This document shows positions 29,834 through 39,798 of a stretch of 64,000 nucleotides of DNA, piece after piece. The DNA is from Ostreococcus lucimarinus (Eukaryota): assembly GCA_000092065.1 (NCBI GenBank), contig CP000601.1; one strand, written 5' to 3'. The notes beneath the pieces are model-generated. The model ran no database searches, had not been told where the DNA came from, and saw nothing but the letters and a program-made list of their open reading frames with translations. Every line of letters starts with the position of its first letter. Position 1 is the stretch's first letter. Both the position numbers and the translations under genes were made by a program.

Positions 29834-31741
29834 CTACACTTGAGGTCGCGTTTGAACGATGTAGAGCTGCCCATCTTCAGATATCGCGCCCTCAATGTCT
29901 TGAGGAGACCCACAAAGTGTCTCAATCTCTAGTGCAACCTTGGAGATGGTCGCTAAAAGCTTTTGTCGCTTGGTTTCGTCCGTAATGAGGCTGTCGGTGG
30001 AGTAGTCGACGTTTTTCAACGTTGCCTCCTCCATGGTGATGCTATCGTACAAGCCCGCACCGGCGAACCCTTCCAGGTCTTCGCCGTTACTATCGGATCG
30101 GAAAATAAGTGAATCTTGCTCCATGAAAAGTCCTTTTGACTTCGAAGGGAACCCGACGACGGTCGGATTATCCAAATTGCTCTTGGATGTCTTGAATGAC
30201 AATGCTCGACCAGAAAAGTTACCGACGAGCGCTTCGCCCAGACCACACACAAGCTCACCGTAAATTTCGCTCTTGTCGTTGTTTTGTGGATTCACTGTGT
30301 GCAGTACGAATGCGTATCGCGCACGAACGACGGGCTGACAAAGCACAGCCATGGACAAATCGGCGTGATTCAGCCCTGCCTTTTTGCAACTCAAAACGGC
30401 TCGCTCGTTGTACTTGCTTGCCCATACGCCAAGAATCGTCTTCCATGCCTTTTGACCTTGAGCGCTCGTCACGAGATCTCCCGGCCAACCGAGTGATTCG
30501 GCTTCGAAGGCGACTTTCAAACTTTTCGACAGGTCGGCCGTCGGTTTTAAAGTGGCGATACATGCCTTGACTTCCGCAATGAGTGCTTTGAAGCCAACGC
30601 CGTCTGTGGAGTCGTACGCTTCAAGTTGTTTGACTAACTCTGCAATTTGTCTCTTTGCGCCTGCATTCTCAGGGACATCAAGAACTGCATCGAACGTACC
30701 AAAAGGCATCGCAACGGACGGCGGTAACTTTATGAGGTTTGAGACTCGACCGCGAAGGAGTTGCAAGTTTCGAGATTTGCCGCCGACAAGCTCTGGGGTA
30801 AACTCTGATGACGTGGCGACAAATTTTCCTTGAAACGGACGTTTGATGATCGATATGTCACTCGAAACGGAATCGCTCGACGATGTTGCTATGACCTCCG
30901 CGTCGGTACCGATGATGCCGTCGACAACATCGAATTGCAAATCGTCGCCCTGCGCAGACGGCTTGAGTTGCACGGATTTCCCGGTCATGGCTTTCATCTG
31001 TTCTAGAACATTCACGTCAAACAAAGTAGCGAAAAGAACCTTTTCGTTACGGGCGCGAACGGCGCAGTGAGACAGCACATCTGGCATATCAGGAGTAACG
31101 ATCGCGACCACGCCAACCGGAATGTCCTCTTCGCCACCAACGCGGTCGGCAATAATGACAGTCGGTTGAGAATACTTGACATTTTGCACATCGGCGAGGG
31201 ATGCGACCGAAACAATCACGCCACTACACTCGGCGTTACTGACGATTTGCCAGCTGCCCATGTTCGCAACATTACGAATAACTGGGTCGAGAACTCTGAG
31301 CATTTGAGAAAGTGGCGCCGCTGCAGTTCCACGGATGATTTCTTCCGAGAACAGGTCGAGCACGTGTCCATCCACACCGAGCTTGTTTCCCATGCTCTGT
31401 GCCGTCGGCTGAAGTGCGTCAATATAGCGCTGAGAAATTTCGCCAAGCGAGTTTTGCAGTCGATCGCACACCGCTTTTGCCTGCAAAGCCCAATCTCCTT
31501 GGCGTCTCGCTGCTTCAAGCACATTTTGCCACTCTTTCAGGCAAATGCGCAACTCGTGGTTGCCGCTTGCAGACATGCAAAGATTCTCGAGGACGAGGCT
31601 CATGATTCTCAAAACTTCGTAAGGAGCTCGAGTAGGCAAAGATTCAAGAGATCCTTCGATGACCGAACGCGCCGCACCTTCTAACGCAAGGTTGCGCAGA
31701 CCTTCGCAACCTTCGCGACCTTCGCCGAAACGCTCGAGCAC
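29834..31741 (-). CDS. Alpha-glucan water dikinase-like protein (GWD/PWD family). It carries the catalytic phosphohistidine domain and the C-terminal nucleotide-binding domain only.
   Basis: The phosphohistidine motif DVLSHCAVRARNEKVLFATLFD (potato GWD has DVLSHVSVRARNGKVCFATCFD). The C-terminal PPDK_N-like domain ends ISEDGQLYIVQTRPQV. The track start at 31741 is GTG, the first ATG is at 31603, and an in-frame stop lies 39 nt upstream. Only 166 nt separate it from the next gene on the same strand, so there is no room for CBM or N-terminal repeat regions. Confidence 0.8.
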   Translation of the reverse strand: MLERFGEGREGCEGLRNLALEGAARSVIEGSLESLPTRAPYEVLRIMSLVLENLCMSASGNHELRICLKEWQNVLEAARRQGDWALQAKAVCDRLQNSLGEISQRYIDALQPTAQSMGNKLGVDGHVLDLFSEEIIRGTAAAPLSQMLRVLDPVIRNVANMGSWQIVSNAECSGVIVSVASLADVQNVKYSQPTVIIADRVGGEEDIPVGVVAIVTPDMPDVLSHCAVRARNEKVLFATLFDVNVLEQMKAMTGKSVQLKPSAQGDDLQFDVVDGIIGTDAEVIATSSSDSVSSDISIIKRPFQGKFVATSSEFTPELVGGKSRNLQLLRGRVSNLIKLPPSVAMPFGTFDAVLDVPENAGAKRQIAELVKQLEAYDSTDGVGFKALIAEVKACIATLKPTADLSKSLKVAFEAESLGWPGDLVTSAQGQKAWKTILGVWASKYNERAVLSCKKAGLNHADLSMAVLCQPVVRARYAFVLHTVNPQNNDKSEIYGELVCGLGEALVGNFSGRALSFKTSKSNLDNPTVVGFPSKSKGLFMEQDSLIFRSDSNGEDLEGFAGAGLYDSITMEEATLKNVDYSTDSLITDETKRQKLLATISKVALEIETLCGSPQDIEGAISEDGQLYIVQTRPQV

Positions 31742-31910
31742 TTGTTGCTCATGCGCCGAACCGAGCGGGAGGAAATTTCAGCGCGCGCGCGCGCGCGTAG
31801 TGACATTTTCAGCGAAACAGAATTCAACTCAAACTTCATCGACAGTCTCGTCAACTCTGGCGTTCTCTAGTGATGATAGGTATTAGCATTGCAATGCAAC
31901 TCTCGACGCT

Positions 31911-32537
31911 TCATTCTGATTCCGAATCGTCTTCTTCCTCGTCCTCGTCTTCGTCTTCTTCCTCTGAACTCTCTTCCTCGTCTTCGTCCTCGTCTTCCTC
32001 TTCCTCCTCTTCATCATCCTCGTCTTCTTCCTCCTCTTCGTCGTCGTCGTCGTCGTCGTCATCTTCCTCTTCGTCCTCCTCGGACATTTCTTCGTCGTCT
32101 TCCCCTTCGTCCTCTTCCTCCTCGTCCCCGGCCTCGCCAGAGATTAACTTTTCCAAATTCTTCATCTCCGCCTCCAAGTACTCCTTACGCTTCAGCTTCT
32201 TCGTCTGTTGCGCATCCATGCGAGTGCCCTCGCTTCGCTTTCGCTCCAAGTCTTCAATCTGCCGCAGCTTCTTCGCGAGCGCCCTGTACCTGACTTCCAA
32301 CGCCCCGTATTTCACCCCACCTTCCCGTCGCATCGCTTGGTCGTTCGACGCTCGCGCGCTGTTCCCAGACATTTTCAACGTGTCTCGCGCCGCCTTCTCA
32401 GCCTTGCGTTTCTGCGCGTACGTGATTCCCGGCTTTTTCGCGCTCTCCAACTTGGCGATTTGTTTGCGCGCCTTCGCGTTGTTCGGCACCGCCTCGCGCT
32501 TCGTGCGCGCCTTGTTCGTGCGATTTTGCGACCCCAT
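31911..32537 (-). CDS. Basic coiled-coil protein with a long poly-D/E C-terminal tail (nucleolar or rRNA-processing type). Family uncertain.
   Basis: A K/R-rich N-terminal half (MGSQNRTNKARTKREAVPNNAKARKQIAKLESAKK...) followed by about 80 aa of D/E encoded by (GAA/GAC)n. The plus-strand poly-Ser ORF 31870..32721 is its mirror image. Confidence 0.5.
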   Translation of the reverse strand: MGSQNRTNKARTKREAVPNNAKARKQIAKLESAKKPGITYAQKRKAEKAARDTLKMSGNSARASNDQAMRREGGVKYGALEVRYRALAKKLRQIEDLERKRSEGTRMDAQQTKKLKRKEYLEAEMKNLEKLISGEAGDEEEEDEGEDDEEMSEEDEEEDDDDDDDDEEEEEDEDDEEEEEEDEDEDEEESSEEEDEDEDEEEDDSESE

Positions 32538-32649
32538 CGCGTCGTGCGTTACGTTTTCTACTTCGACGTTCGCGCGCTTCGCTTTCGCAGAGCGTCGCGG
32601 GAAGCGGACGCGTCTCGAAGTGCGCCGCCGCCGCCGCCGTTTTTTGGTA

Positions 32650-33339
32650 TTACAGCGCCGTGGCTCGCGGATACGGCGAATCGTCGTCTTCTGCGTCGTC
32701 TACGTCTACGTCTACGTCTAAATCGTCGTCTAAATCGTCGTCTAATAATAACTTCGCCCTGTTCCAGAACGATTCGAGGTCGACGCTCGCGTCGTCGTCG
32801 TCGTCGTCGTCCCGGTCGTCGTGTCGCGGCGATTCCAGTTCCGGCGTTCCGGCGTCCACTCGCGCGCTTCGTCTTCCCATCGATCCCATCCACTTCCCAA
32901 CGCGTCGCGCGTCGCGCAAGCGCTCGATGATCACTGACCGCATCCGAGTCGCCGTCTTCGCGACCGCGGTCGCGCAGTGCTCCCCCGCGCGTTCGCGTTC
33001 GCGTTCGCCGCGCGTCCTCGGCGCGAGCGTCTCCAGCGCGCGCACCAGGTCCACGAACTCCCTCGCGCTCGTCCCGCGCGCGCGCTTATCGGGATGATGC
33101 TCTAACGCTTTTCTTCGAAACGCCCTTCGCGCTTCGACGCGCACGCGCGCGGCGTCGCGCGCGTCGCGTCGTTCGTTCGCGGCCGTTACCAGCCCGAGCG
33201 TTTTCATCGCCTTCGCGCGCGCCGCATCGCTCGCGAACGCGCGCTCGACGGCGGGGCGGACGCACGCGGCGTCGTATGTTATCGCGATCAGCGCCACCAA
33301 CGCGGAGACGCAGGCGCCGACGCGCGCGGCGCGCTTCAT
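32650..33339 (-). CDS. DnaJ (J-domain) protein with an N-terminal signal/anchor.
   Basis: The J-domain with the HPD motif (AMKTLGLVTAANERRDARDAARVRVEARRAFRRKALEHHPDKRARG). The likely start MKRAARVGACVSALVALIAITY is at 33339, and the track start at 33522 lies in upstream low complexity. Confidence 0.7.
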   Translation of the reverse strand: MKRAARVGACVSALVALIAITYDAACVRPAVERAFASDAARAKAMKTLGLVTAANERRDARDAARVRVEARRAFRRKALEHHPDKRARGTSAREFVDLVRALETLAPRTRGERERERAGEHCATAVAKTATRMRSVIIERLRDARRVGKWMGSMGRRSARVDAGTPELESPRHDDRDDDDDDDASVDLESFWNRAKLLLDDDLDDDLDVDVDVDDAEDDDSPYPRATAL

Positions 33340-33381
33340 TGAGTGACGCGCGGGAGATATTTCGAGCGGGACGCGATCGTC

Positions 33382-34587
33382 ATGACATCGCTTCGTTGCG
33401 TCGCGCGCGACGCCGCGTTCGCGCGATCGACGCGCGTGACGCGTCGATCGAGGCGCGCGGGAACGGTGCGCGCGATGTCGGACGGCATGGACGCGTTCAT
33501 GCCGCCGCACCGCGCGAATCAATCGTCATCGTCAACGACATCGTCTTCGACGGCGACGGCGACGATGACGAGCGGAAGCGAAGACCTGGATCCCGTCGTC
33601 GCGCGATCTCGCGAGGTGCTCGAGATGGCCACGGTCGGGGACTTGCTGCGCGTCACCGCGGAAGCGGCGGATGGGAGCGGACGCGATCGCGCGGATGAAG
33701 ACGAGACGCGAGACGCGCTGCGGTGGTTCGTCGTGAAGCGAGTGGGGATGAGCACGGGTGGACGACAGCTCGTCGAGGGTGAGTTAGAGGGGAAGAAGGC
33801 GCAGATATTGGATCAGGGCGGGGCGAATCAGGCGCGGATTGGGATCTCGGGAGCGTTGCTGGACGAGCGAACGCCGCTGACGAGGCTGAAAAACGTGCGA
33901 GACGCGGACAAGTTTAAACGCGCGATTAAGTCGTACGAGCGACGGGTCGAACGGGAAAGCGATGCTTTAACGCTGGTTTCGAGCGTGGATAAGGCGCTGA
34001 CGTTGAATGGGTTAGAACAAGCGGTGAAGAAGAACCCGCGCTTTTGGACGGAGGGCGACGGCGCGCACTCGAGGCGAGTCATCAAGGACCCCACGGAGAG
34101 CGCGACGAAGATGACGGGGGAACTCTTGGCGCTGAAACACGGTCACCGAGATGTGGTGTTGATGCAAATCGTGTGCGACTGGACGGATGCGCTCGAAGAT
34201 AGCGTTCGCGCCCCGTTCGCAGCGGCGACGCTTGAGGACATGTTGACGCAGGATGCGTCTATTTCAATGAGACTTTCAGAAGCGAGGTATCAAGTGGGAG
34301 AGGATAAAGATGGTAACCCCGAGTTCTCCAACGGCATCACAGCGGTAATTTATCGCGAGACCGCCAAGGAAACCGCGAACGTGCTCGTCTCCATGGGCGT
34401 TCAGGCGACGCGAAACATCGCAGGAGCGTTTCAGCAAGCCTTGGTCGGCGTCGCGCTCGGCTACACCGATGAAAATATCGCGCACCACATTCGCCGACTT
34501 CACAACGAAGACAAGTTGACGGATGAAGATATATTTGCTTTGATTATCACCGCGAGGGATGAAAAGGAAGCACTGAACGCAAAGTAG
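33382..34587 (+). CDS. Conserved-looking protein of unknown function (about 400 aa) with an organellar-type presequence.
   Basis: A non-repetitive ORF of normal composition (…VDKALTLNGLEQAVKKNPRFWTEGDGAHSRRVIKDPTESATKMTGELLALKHGHRDVVLMQIVCDW…). It is head-to-head with the DnaJ gene, about 40 bp apart. The start is either 33382 (MTSLRCVARDAAF) or 33475. Confidence 0.5.
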   Translation: MTSLRCVARDAAFARSTRVTRRSRRAGTVRAMSDGMDAFMPPHRANQSSSSTTSSSTATATMTSGSEDLDPVVARSREVLEMATVGDLLRVTAEAADGSGRDRADEDETRDALRWFVVKRVGMSTGGRQLVEGELEGKKAQILDQGGANQARIGISGALLDERTPLTRLKNVRDADKFKRAIKSYERRVERESDALTLVSSVDKALTLNGLEQAVKKNPRFWTEGDGAHSRRVIKDPTESATKMTGELLALKHGHRDVVLMQIVCDWTDALEDSVRAPFAAATLEDMLTQDASISMRLSEARYQVGEDKDGNPEFSNGITAVIYRETAKETANVLVSMGVQATRNIAGAFQQALVGVALGYTDENIAHHIRRLHNEDKLTDEDIFALIITARDEKEALNAK

Positions 34588-34647
34588 TACGCAACGCGCG
34601 CGAGCTGTAAAACACGAGAAGCAAGTAATCTCTACGCACTCTACAAT

Positions 34648-35412
34648 CTACATCACAATCTCTAAAAACGAACACCTTTCACACTTTGCGACGCACGCAT
34701 CTAAACCGTACTCATCGCGCACGCTAAACCGAAGCCCACCAGCGTTGCCGCACCCGCGTGAGACGTGTGCCTCAAATGTCTCCGCCAAACGTCGCTTCAA
34801 GTACGTCAACCCTACGTTTTCATCGGCACGCGCGATTCTAAAGTCCCCACACGCGCAAAATAACACGTGCCTGTTGTAAAGCACCCGTCTCGTGGCGCAC
34901 ACCGGACACAAGACGTCTTCGCCGCTCGACTCGGCGTTCTCGCCGACGTCCTCCGCCTCGGGAAATTTCCATCGCTCAAACGCCTCAATCGCCCGCGTCA
35001 ACCGCTCCTGTTCTTCCTCGTCTTCGCGATATTCTACCTCTGCGCGCTCGCTCATCAATCGCTCTTCGTTCGCGAGTTCTCGTTCCATCGCGTCTTGCAT
35101 CGCGAGCAACACGCGCTCGACTTCAGCCTCCGTCAAGCGCGCGTAATCATCCTCGTCCTCGTCGTCCTCGTCGAAATCATCGACGTCGGCGTCTCTGACG
35201 CCGCGCACCGAACCCACGCGTCCTCCTCTCACCTTTCTGCGCTTCGCGTGCTGTTCGAGCACGATTTCGCGACACCGCGCGGCGTCGAACGACGACGCCG
35301 TCCCGCTCGCGCTCGCCTTCTCATCCGCACCGCCGCGCGTCCGCGCGCGCTTACCCACGAGTCCGAGGACGACGCGCACGCACGCGCTTTCGAGCGATTC
35401 GTCCGCGCGCAT
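34648..35412 (-). CDS. RPAIN: RPA-interacting protein (RPAIN/RIP)-like zinc-ribbon protein.
   Basis: The acidic middle part and the C-terminal CPVCATRRVLYNRHVLFCACGDFRIA ... CVAKCERCSFLEIVM parallel human RPAIN ([26 protein letters not shown] ... CLACDTWAVIL). Confidence 0.7.
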   Translation of the reverse strand: MRADESLESACVRVVLGLVGKRARTRGGADEKASASGTASSFDAARCREIVLEQHAKRRKVRGGRVGSVRGVRDADVDDFDEDDEDEDDYARLTEAEVERVLLAMQDAMERELANEERLMSERAEVEYREDEEEQERLTRAIEAFERWKFPEAEDVGENAESSGEDVLCPVCATRRVLYNRHVLFCACGDFRIARADENVGLTYLKRRLAETFEAHVSRGCGNAGGLRFSVRDEYGLDACVAKCERCSFLEIVM

Positions 35413-35588
35413 GCCGACGCGCGCGCGCGACGCGCTGCGGCGTCGCGGTTCGCGCGCGCGCGCGGTTTGAACTCGAAATTTTTCGCCGTCGCGCGGCGAT
35501 CGTGTGACTGTTCGCCTTTTGTGACTGTTTTTGTGACTGTTCTTATCCTCGTGCCTCACTCGACGCCGCGACGACGCTCGATCGCGCG

Positions 35589-36587
35589 ATGGCGCGCGCG
35601 AAAAAGCGCGCGCGGACGATCGCGCGCGCGGCGCTCGTCGTCTCGACGGCGCTCGCGATCGAGGGCGCGCGCGCGACGACGTTCACCGCGGACGGCCGCT
35701 CGTGCAAATGGCCGCTGGAGCTCGCGGAGGACGTCTTCGTGAACGAGTGCGTGCCCTACGGACGAGACGGGGCGCTGTGGTGCGTGGCGGAGGAGGACGG
35801 AAAATGGGGCGTGTGCGCGGACTTGGATTTCGACGCGAGCGCGCGCGGGAAGGTTTCGATGGAGGCCGCGGCGCGGGCGGCGACGACGCTGGCGCGCGAG
35901 GAAGAGCTAACGTACGAAGCGAGGCGACAGGCGATGGAAGTGTTGGAATCAACGTCGACGCTGATGTTGAAGGCGTTGGCGCGCGAAAGCATCGAAATCG
36001 AGGGTAAGATCGTAGAGAATCCTGTCGTTGAATTTCTAGCCAAACGTCAGAGAGAACGACCCGACAACTTCAACGCCGTGAACGACCCGACAACTTCAAC
36101 GCCGGCGCCGGCGTCGACGACTTCCCCACCTTTACAACGGCCGCCGCCTTCGCCTCCGCCGCCTTCGCCACCGCCACTTTCGCCACCGCCACCGAATCAA
36201 CCGCGGTGCGTCGCGAGAACGGATATTCGATGGGAGAGCCCGCAAGCAGACGGATCTTCAGAGTTTGGCATGGACATTTACATCGTGCTCGCATCGGGTG
36301 AAAGCATCAGCGGCGGGTGGAAGATTTTGTTCAAGTTTGCGCGCGATGGTGTTGTGTTATACTCAAGTAGCGCGTACGGTGCGGACGCGCGCACGATGTA
36401 CGCGCCGGAGGACGGTCGCGTCTTCGAGTTGCGCGATCGCGGATACGACGCGTACATCGCGTTGTACTCCACGAAGCGGATCGGATTCAATGTGCGCACG
36501 CGCTCGGCGCAATCCTTACGCTTGTCGACTCTCGCAGTGAACGGTGAGGATTGCGAGATTGTATCCGAGTCTTCGATTCGCGCGTGA
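35589..36587 (+). CDS. Secreted protein with a signal peptide, a Cys/Trp-containing N-terminal module and an extensin-like PPSPPPPSPPP stretch. Probably a cell-surface protein.
   Basis: MARAKKRARTIARAALVVSTALAIEGARA is a signal peptide. CKWPLELAEDVFVNECVPYGRDGALWCVAEEDGKWGVCADLDFD is a Cys-rich module. The Pro-rich segment is PPPSPPPPSPPPLSPPPP. Confidence 0.6.
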   Translation: MARAKKRARTIARAALVVSTALAIEGARATTFTADGRSCKWPLELAEDVFVNECVPYGRDGALWCVAEEDGKWGVCADLDFDASARGKVSMEAAARAATTLAREEELTYEARRQAMEVLESTSTLMLKALARESIEIEGKIVENPVVEFLAKRQRERPDNFNAVNDPTTSTPAPASTTSPPLQRPPPSPPPPSPPPLSPPPPNQPRCVARTDIRWESPQADGSSEFGMDIYIVLASGESISGGWKILFKFARDGVVLYSSSAYGADARTMYAPEDGRVFELRDRGYDAYIALYSTKRIGFNVRTRSAQSLRLSTLAVNGEDCEIVSESSIRA

Positions 36588-36662
36588 CCGCACCGCGTTG
36601 AAAAGCAAATCAAGTCGCGCTGCAGCAGCATTAAAAAATAAAATAAAACAATCCATCGCGAT

Positions 36663-37736
36663 CTAAACTTGATGCATCGCCTTGACTTCGGTGAGAACAT
36701 TTCGCACTTTATCATCGGGCTCGTCTCTCAGCCCGGGAATCTCGCCGACGTCCGTTGAGGCGTCGCCCAAGAGCGCGCGGAAAGAATCCGCGACGCCTTC
36801 GCTCAAACCCACCAAATCATACCCGCCCTCTAATAAGAACACGATTTTCCCGCCGCACATCTCATTCGCCAGTTCTTTCAACTTTGTGCAAAGACGATGG
36901 TACGTTCCCGTGCGAAACGTCAACCCAGCGAGAGGATCTCGCCAGTGCGCGTCGTAGCCGGCACTGACGATGATGAAGTCGGGTTGGAACCGCGCCGCCG
37001 CCGGAACGACGATTTCTTCCAAAGCGCTCAACACCGCCTTATCACCGCTTCCCGGAGGCAAAGGTATATTAATAGTCGCACCCAGACCATCGCCTTCGCC
37101 CATATCCGTAATCTTCCCCGTCCCCGGATAGCTCCCGTCCTCGTGCGTGGAGATGAACAGCACGGAATCGTCGTCTCGGAAAATATCATTCGTACCGTTA
37201 CCGTGGTGCACGTCGTAATCGAAAATGAGCACTTTTTTATGCCCTCTAAGCTGCGCGTGTCTCGCCGCCGCCGCCGCGGTGCCGACCAAACAAAATCCCA
37301 TCGCCCCTCGCGGCACCGCGTGGTGTCCCGGTGGGCGTATCAAACCAAACGCGCTCGGCGCCTTTTCTTTCGTCTCCTTCGCGCGATCGATCACCTCATC
37401 CACCAATCGCGTCGCCGCACCGACGCCTAGCATCACGTCTTGAAAGCTCGACGGCGTGCAGTACGTCGGTGCGGTGTCTAAATTCGTCGGCGCTCGCGTG
37501 GCGCACAACAACTCGAGCCCGTTGCAGTAATTCTTCGCGTGCACACGCTCGAGCGCCTTTTTCGTCGCCGGCACGACGTCTGTGATCTCCAACACCTCAC
37601 CCGGTCTCGCGGCGGGGGTCAGAGCGCCCGCCTCGAGGGCGTCTAAGATGGCGGGCACGCGAGCGTTGCTCTCCGGGTGCCCCAACTGCACGTGCTCCAG
37701 CGCGGCGGAGGTGGCAAAGAGCAGCGACGGGGACGA

Positions 37737-37767
<31 letters not shown>

Positions 37768-37862
37768 ATTCGTCGCGCGCGAGACGGGTGACGCTCGGCG
37801 CGACGCGACGCGCGCGGTGACGCGGGCGCGACGCGAGTGAGATGGACGCGAGGACGCGCCAT
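36663..37862 (-). CDS. Class II (HDA14-like) histone deacetylase-family protein with an organellar presequence.
   Basis: The HDAC catalytic core GFCLVGTAAAAARHAQLRGHKKVLIFDYDVHHGNGTNDIF...ISTHEDGSYPGTGKITDMGEGDGLGATINIPLPPGSGD. The ATG is at 37862. Confidence 0.85.
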
Positions 37863-38209
37863 GGGGTCGAAGAGTGAAGTTGGGCGCTATTGCAACTCGA
37901 GCTAGAAATGGCCGCATTGATCGCATCGTCGCGTCGTCGTCGTCGCCATGGGCGCGTGCGCGAGCATATGCGAGAGCACGCCGGACGTGCCGGCGAACAT
38001 CATCGCCGACCCGGAGGTGCGCGCTCGGACGCGCGCGCGTCGCGCCGAGGCGCCGTCGAATCGAATCGGACGTCGCGCGCGATGATGGATGCGTCGTGGC
38101 GAACGAGTGAACGCGCGCGCCGCGACGCGACGCGACGAACGACTGACGACGAGACGAACGCGCGACGCGCCACCAGGGACCGAGCAAATTCGTCGTCAAG
38201 TCGTGCTCG

Positions 38210-39004
38210 ATGTTCAACAAGGACTACGAAGTCTATCGAGACGAAGTGGGACCGAACAATCGCTGGCTGTTTCTGAATCGCGAAGGGAAGGGTTTCTTCG
38301 ACCCGACTGGGTACATTGACTTGGAAAACTACACGCGAATCGACCCGAACGATAAGAAGAAAGGGCAAGTGCTGTGGAAGTTGAAGTACAACGAAAAACC
38401 GCACTTTGATATGGGGATGTCGCTCGGAGCCGACTCGGAGGACGACGGCGACGATAACCCCAACGTTCGAACCGTGACGAACATGTTCAAGCAGATGATG
38501 CAACAGATGCAGATGGGAGAGAACAGGTTTTACTCTATGAAATGGCGCACGTTTTCCGAGGCCAAGTTGAAGTCGGTGAAGACCCCGGGCGGGGCGTACT
38601 CGGTGAAGATCAAAGCCAAAGGCTACTGCACGCGTCAAGTGTCGGTGCACTATACCAGAGACGAACAAGGACACCAACGTCGGAATGTGAACGTCACCGA
38701 CAAGGAGTACGTGACGAAGATTTCGTACAAGATCAAGACCGCCGATGGGACGACGATCGATCGATTCGATCTCTTCTGCTGCGAAGGCTCCGACTTGAAG
38801 TGGGAGTGCGCCGCCTTCACCGCCGAGCTCCGCGGCGGTTGGATTTCCAAGTACCCGCACGAGATCACGACCAAGCCCGGCATCGATCCCGGTTTCGCCT
38901 TGCTCTTCGCGCACGTTTGCGTCACTGAGTTTGCACCGGACGAGATCAAGAAGGACTTGAAGCCCAACTGGAATCAGTGCCCCGGATACATCAATCCGTA
39001 TTGA
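38210..39004 (+). CDS. Lysine-rich protein of unknown function (264 aa) in a locally lower-GC segment.
   Basis: A clean ATG-to-stop ORF whose composition (K, Y, N and F rich, much lower GC) differs sharply from the flanking genes. I recognise no domain. Confidence 0.5.
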   Translation: MFNKDYEVYRDEVGPNNRWLFLNREGKGFFDPTGYIDLENYTRIDPNDKKKGQVLWKLKYNEKPHFDMGMSLGADSEDDGDDNPNVRTVTNMFKQMMQQMQMGENRFYSMKWRTFSEAKLKSVKTPGGAYSVKIKAKGYCTRQVSVHYTRDEQGHQRRNVNVTDKEYVTKISYKIKTADGTTIDRFDLFCCEGSDLKWECAAFTAELRGGWISKYPHEITTKPGIDPGFALLFAHVCVTEFAPDEIKKDLKPNWNQCPGYINPY

Positions 39005-39276
39005 TGAAACCAACGTTCCGCCGCGTTCCGTTCCGGCGCGCGACGTGACATGCGTCTACGAATGACTCTATTTACGGTTAATAAGATAAATATATAATCA
39101 TACACGCACTCCTTTGCGTCGTCCATCGCCGTTCGATCTCGCGCGTCTCGTCGCGATGGACGTCTCGCGCCCCCGGTCGGTTGCCCGGGGCCCGGGTGTC
39201 CGTCCAACGAGATCGCCCACGGATCGTTCGCCTTCGGTCGTCACTCGCGCGCGCGGTCGACTTCCCGCCGCTCGCG

Positions 39277-39798
39277 ATGGTGGCCGTCGGCGACCAATTC
39301 CCCGACGTCGTCGCGCAATCGCACGAGCCCTCCTGGCCGACGCCGGTGAAGATGCGCGCGCGTCTCGCCGGTAAAAAATCGCTCGTCGTCGGCCTGCCCG
39401 GCGCGTTCACGCCGACGTGATCGACGTGTCAGGTCCCGGGATACCTCGCGGGGCAGGACGCGCTGCGCGCGAGCGGGATCGATGAGGTGCTGGTGATGTG
39501 CGTGAACGACGCCGCCGTCATGGGGGCGTGGGCGATCGATCAAAAGATTCAAGGGTCAAACATTTCGTTCCTCGCGGATCCGAATTCGGTGATCACGAAG
39601 GCGCTGGACGTGGAGCTCGTCGCGCCCGGACCGTGCGCGAAGCTCGGACCGAAGCGATGCAAACGCTTCGCGATGTACGTCGACGATGGGGTGATCAAGG
39701 TGCTGAACGTGAGCGAAGCGCCGGACGATCCCGCGGGAGACGCGCGACCGGAGGCGTCGTGCATCGACAACATGTTGAAGGAAATCGCGGCGTTGTAG
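39277..39798 (+). CDS. PRX: Type II peroxiredoxin (Prx5-like) with an in-frame TGA at 39418..39420 in the peroxidatic-Cys position. Candidate selenocysteine-containing peroxiredoxin.
   Basis: Two same-frame track ORFs (39181..39420 and 39487..39798) are separated only by this TGA. Read through, the protein is ...KKSLVVGLPGAFTPT-U-STCQVPGYLAGQDALRASGIDEVLVMCVNDAAVMGAWA...RFAMYVDDGVIKVLNV..., which aligns residue for residue with Prx5/PrxII GVPGAFTPGCSKTHLPGF, and U falls on the peroxidatic Cys. Confidence 0.75.

Noticed and set aside
31870-32721. Plus-strand poly-Ser ORF (283 aa)
   Set aside because: It is the mirror image of the (GAA/GAC)n acidic tail of the minus-strand gene 31911..32537.
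38000-39013. 337-aa minus-strand ORF that overlaps the lysine-rich gene
   Set aside because: It has the composition of antisense-strand sequence and no domain. The plus-strand ORF starts at a true ATG and has coherent composition.
39418-39420. Reading the peroxiredoxin TGA as an ordinary stop or pseudogene lesion
   Set aside because: Not fully rejected. Because the stop lands exactly on the peroxidatic Cys and the flanks are intact, I prefer the Sec interpretation, but I could not confirm a SECIS element.
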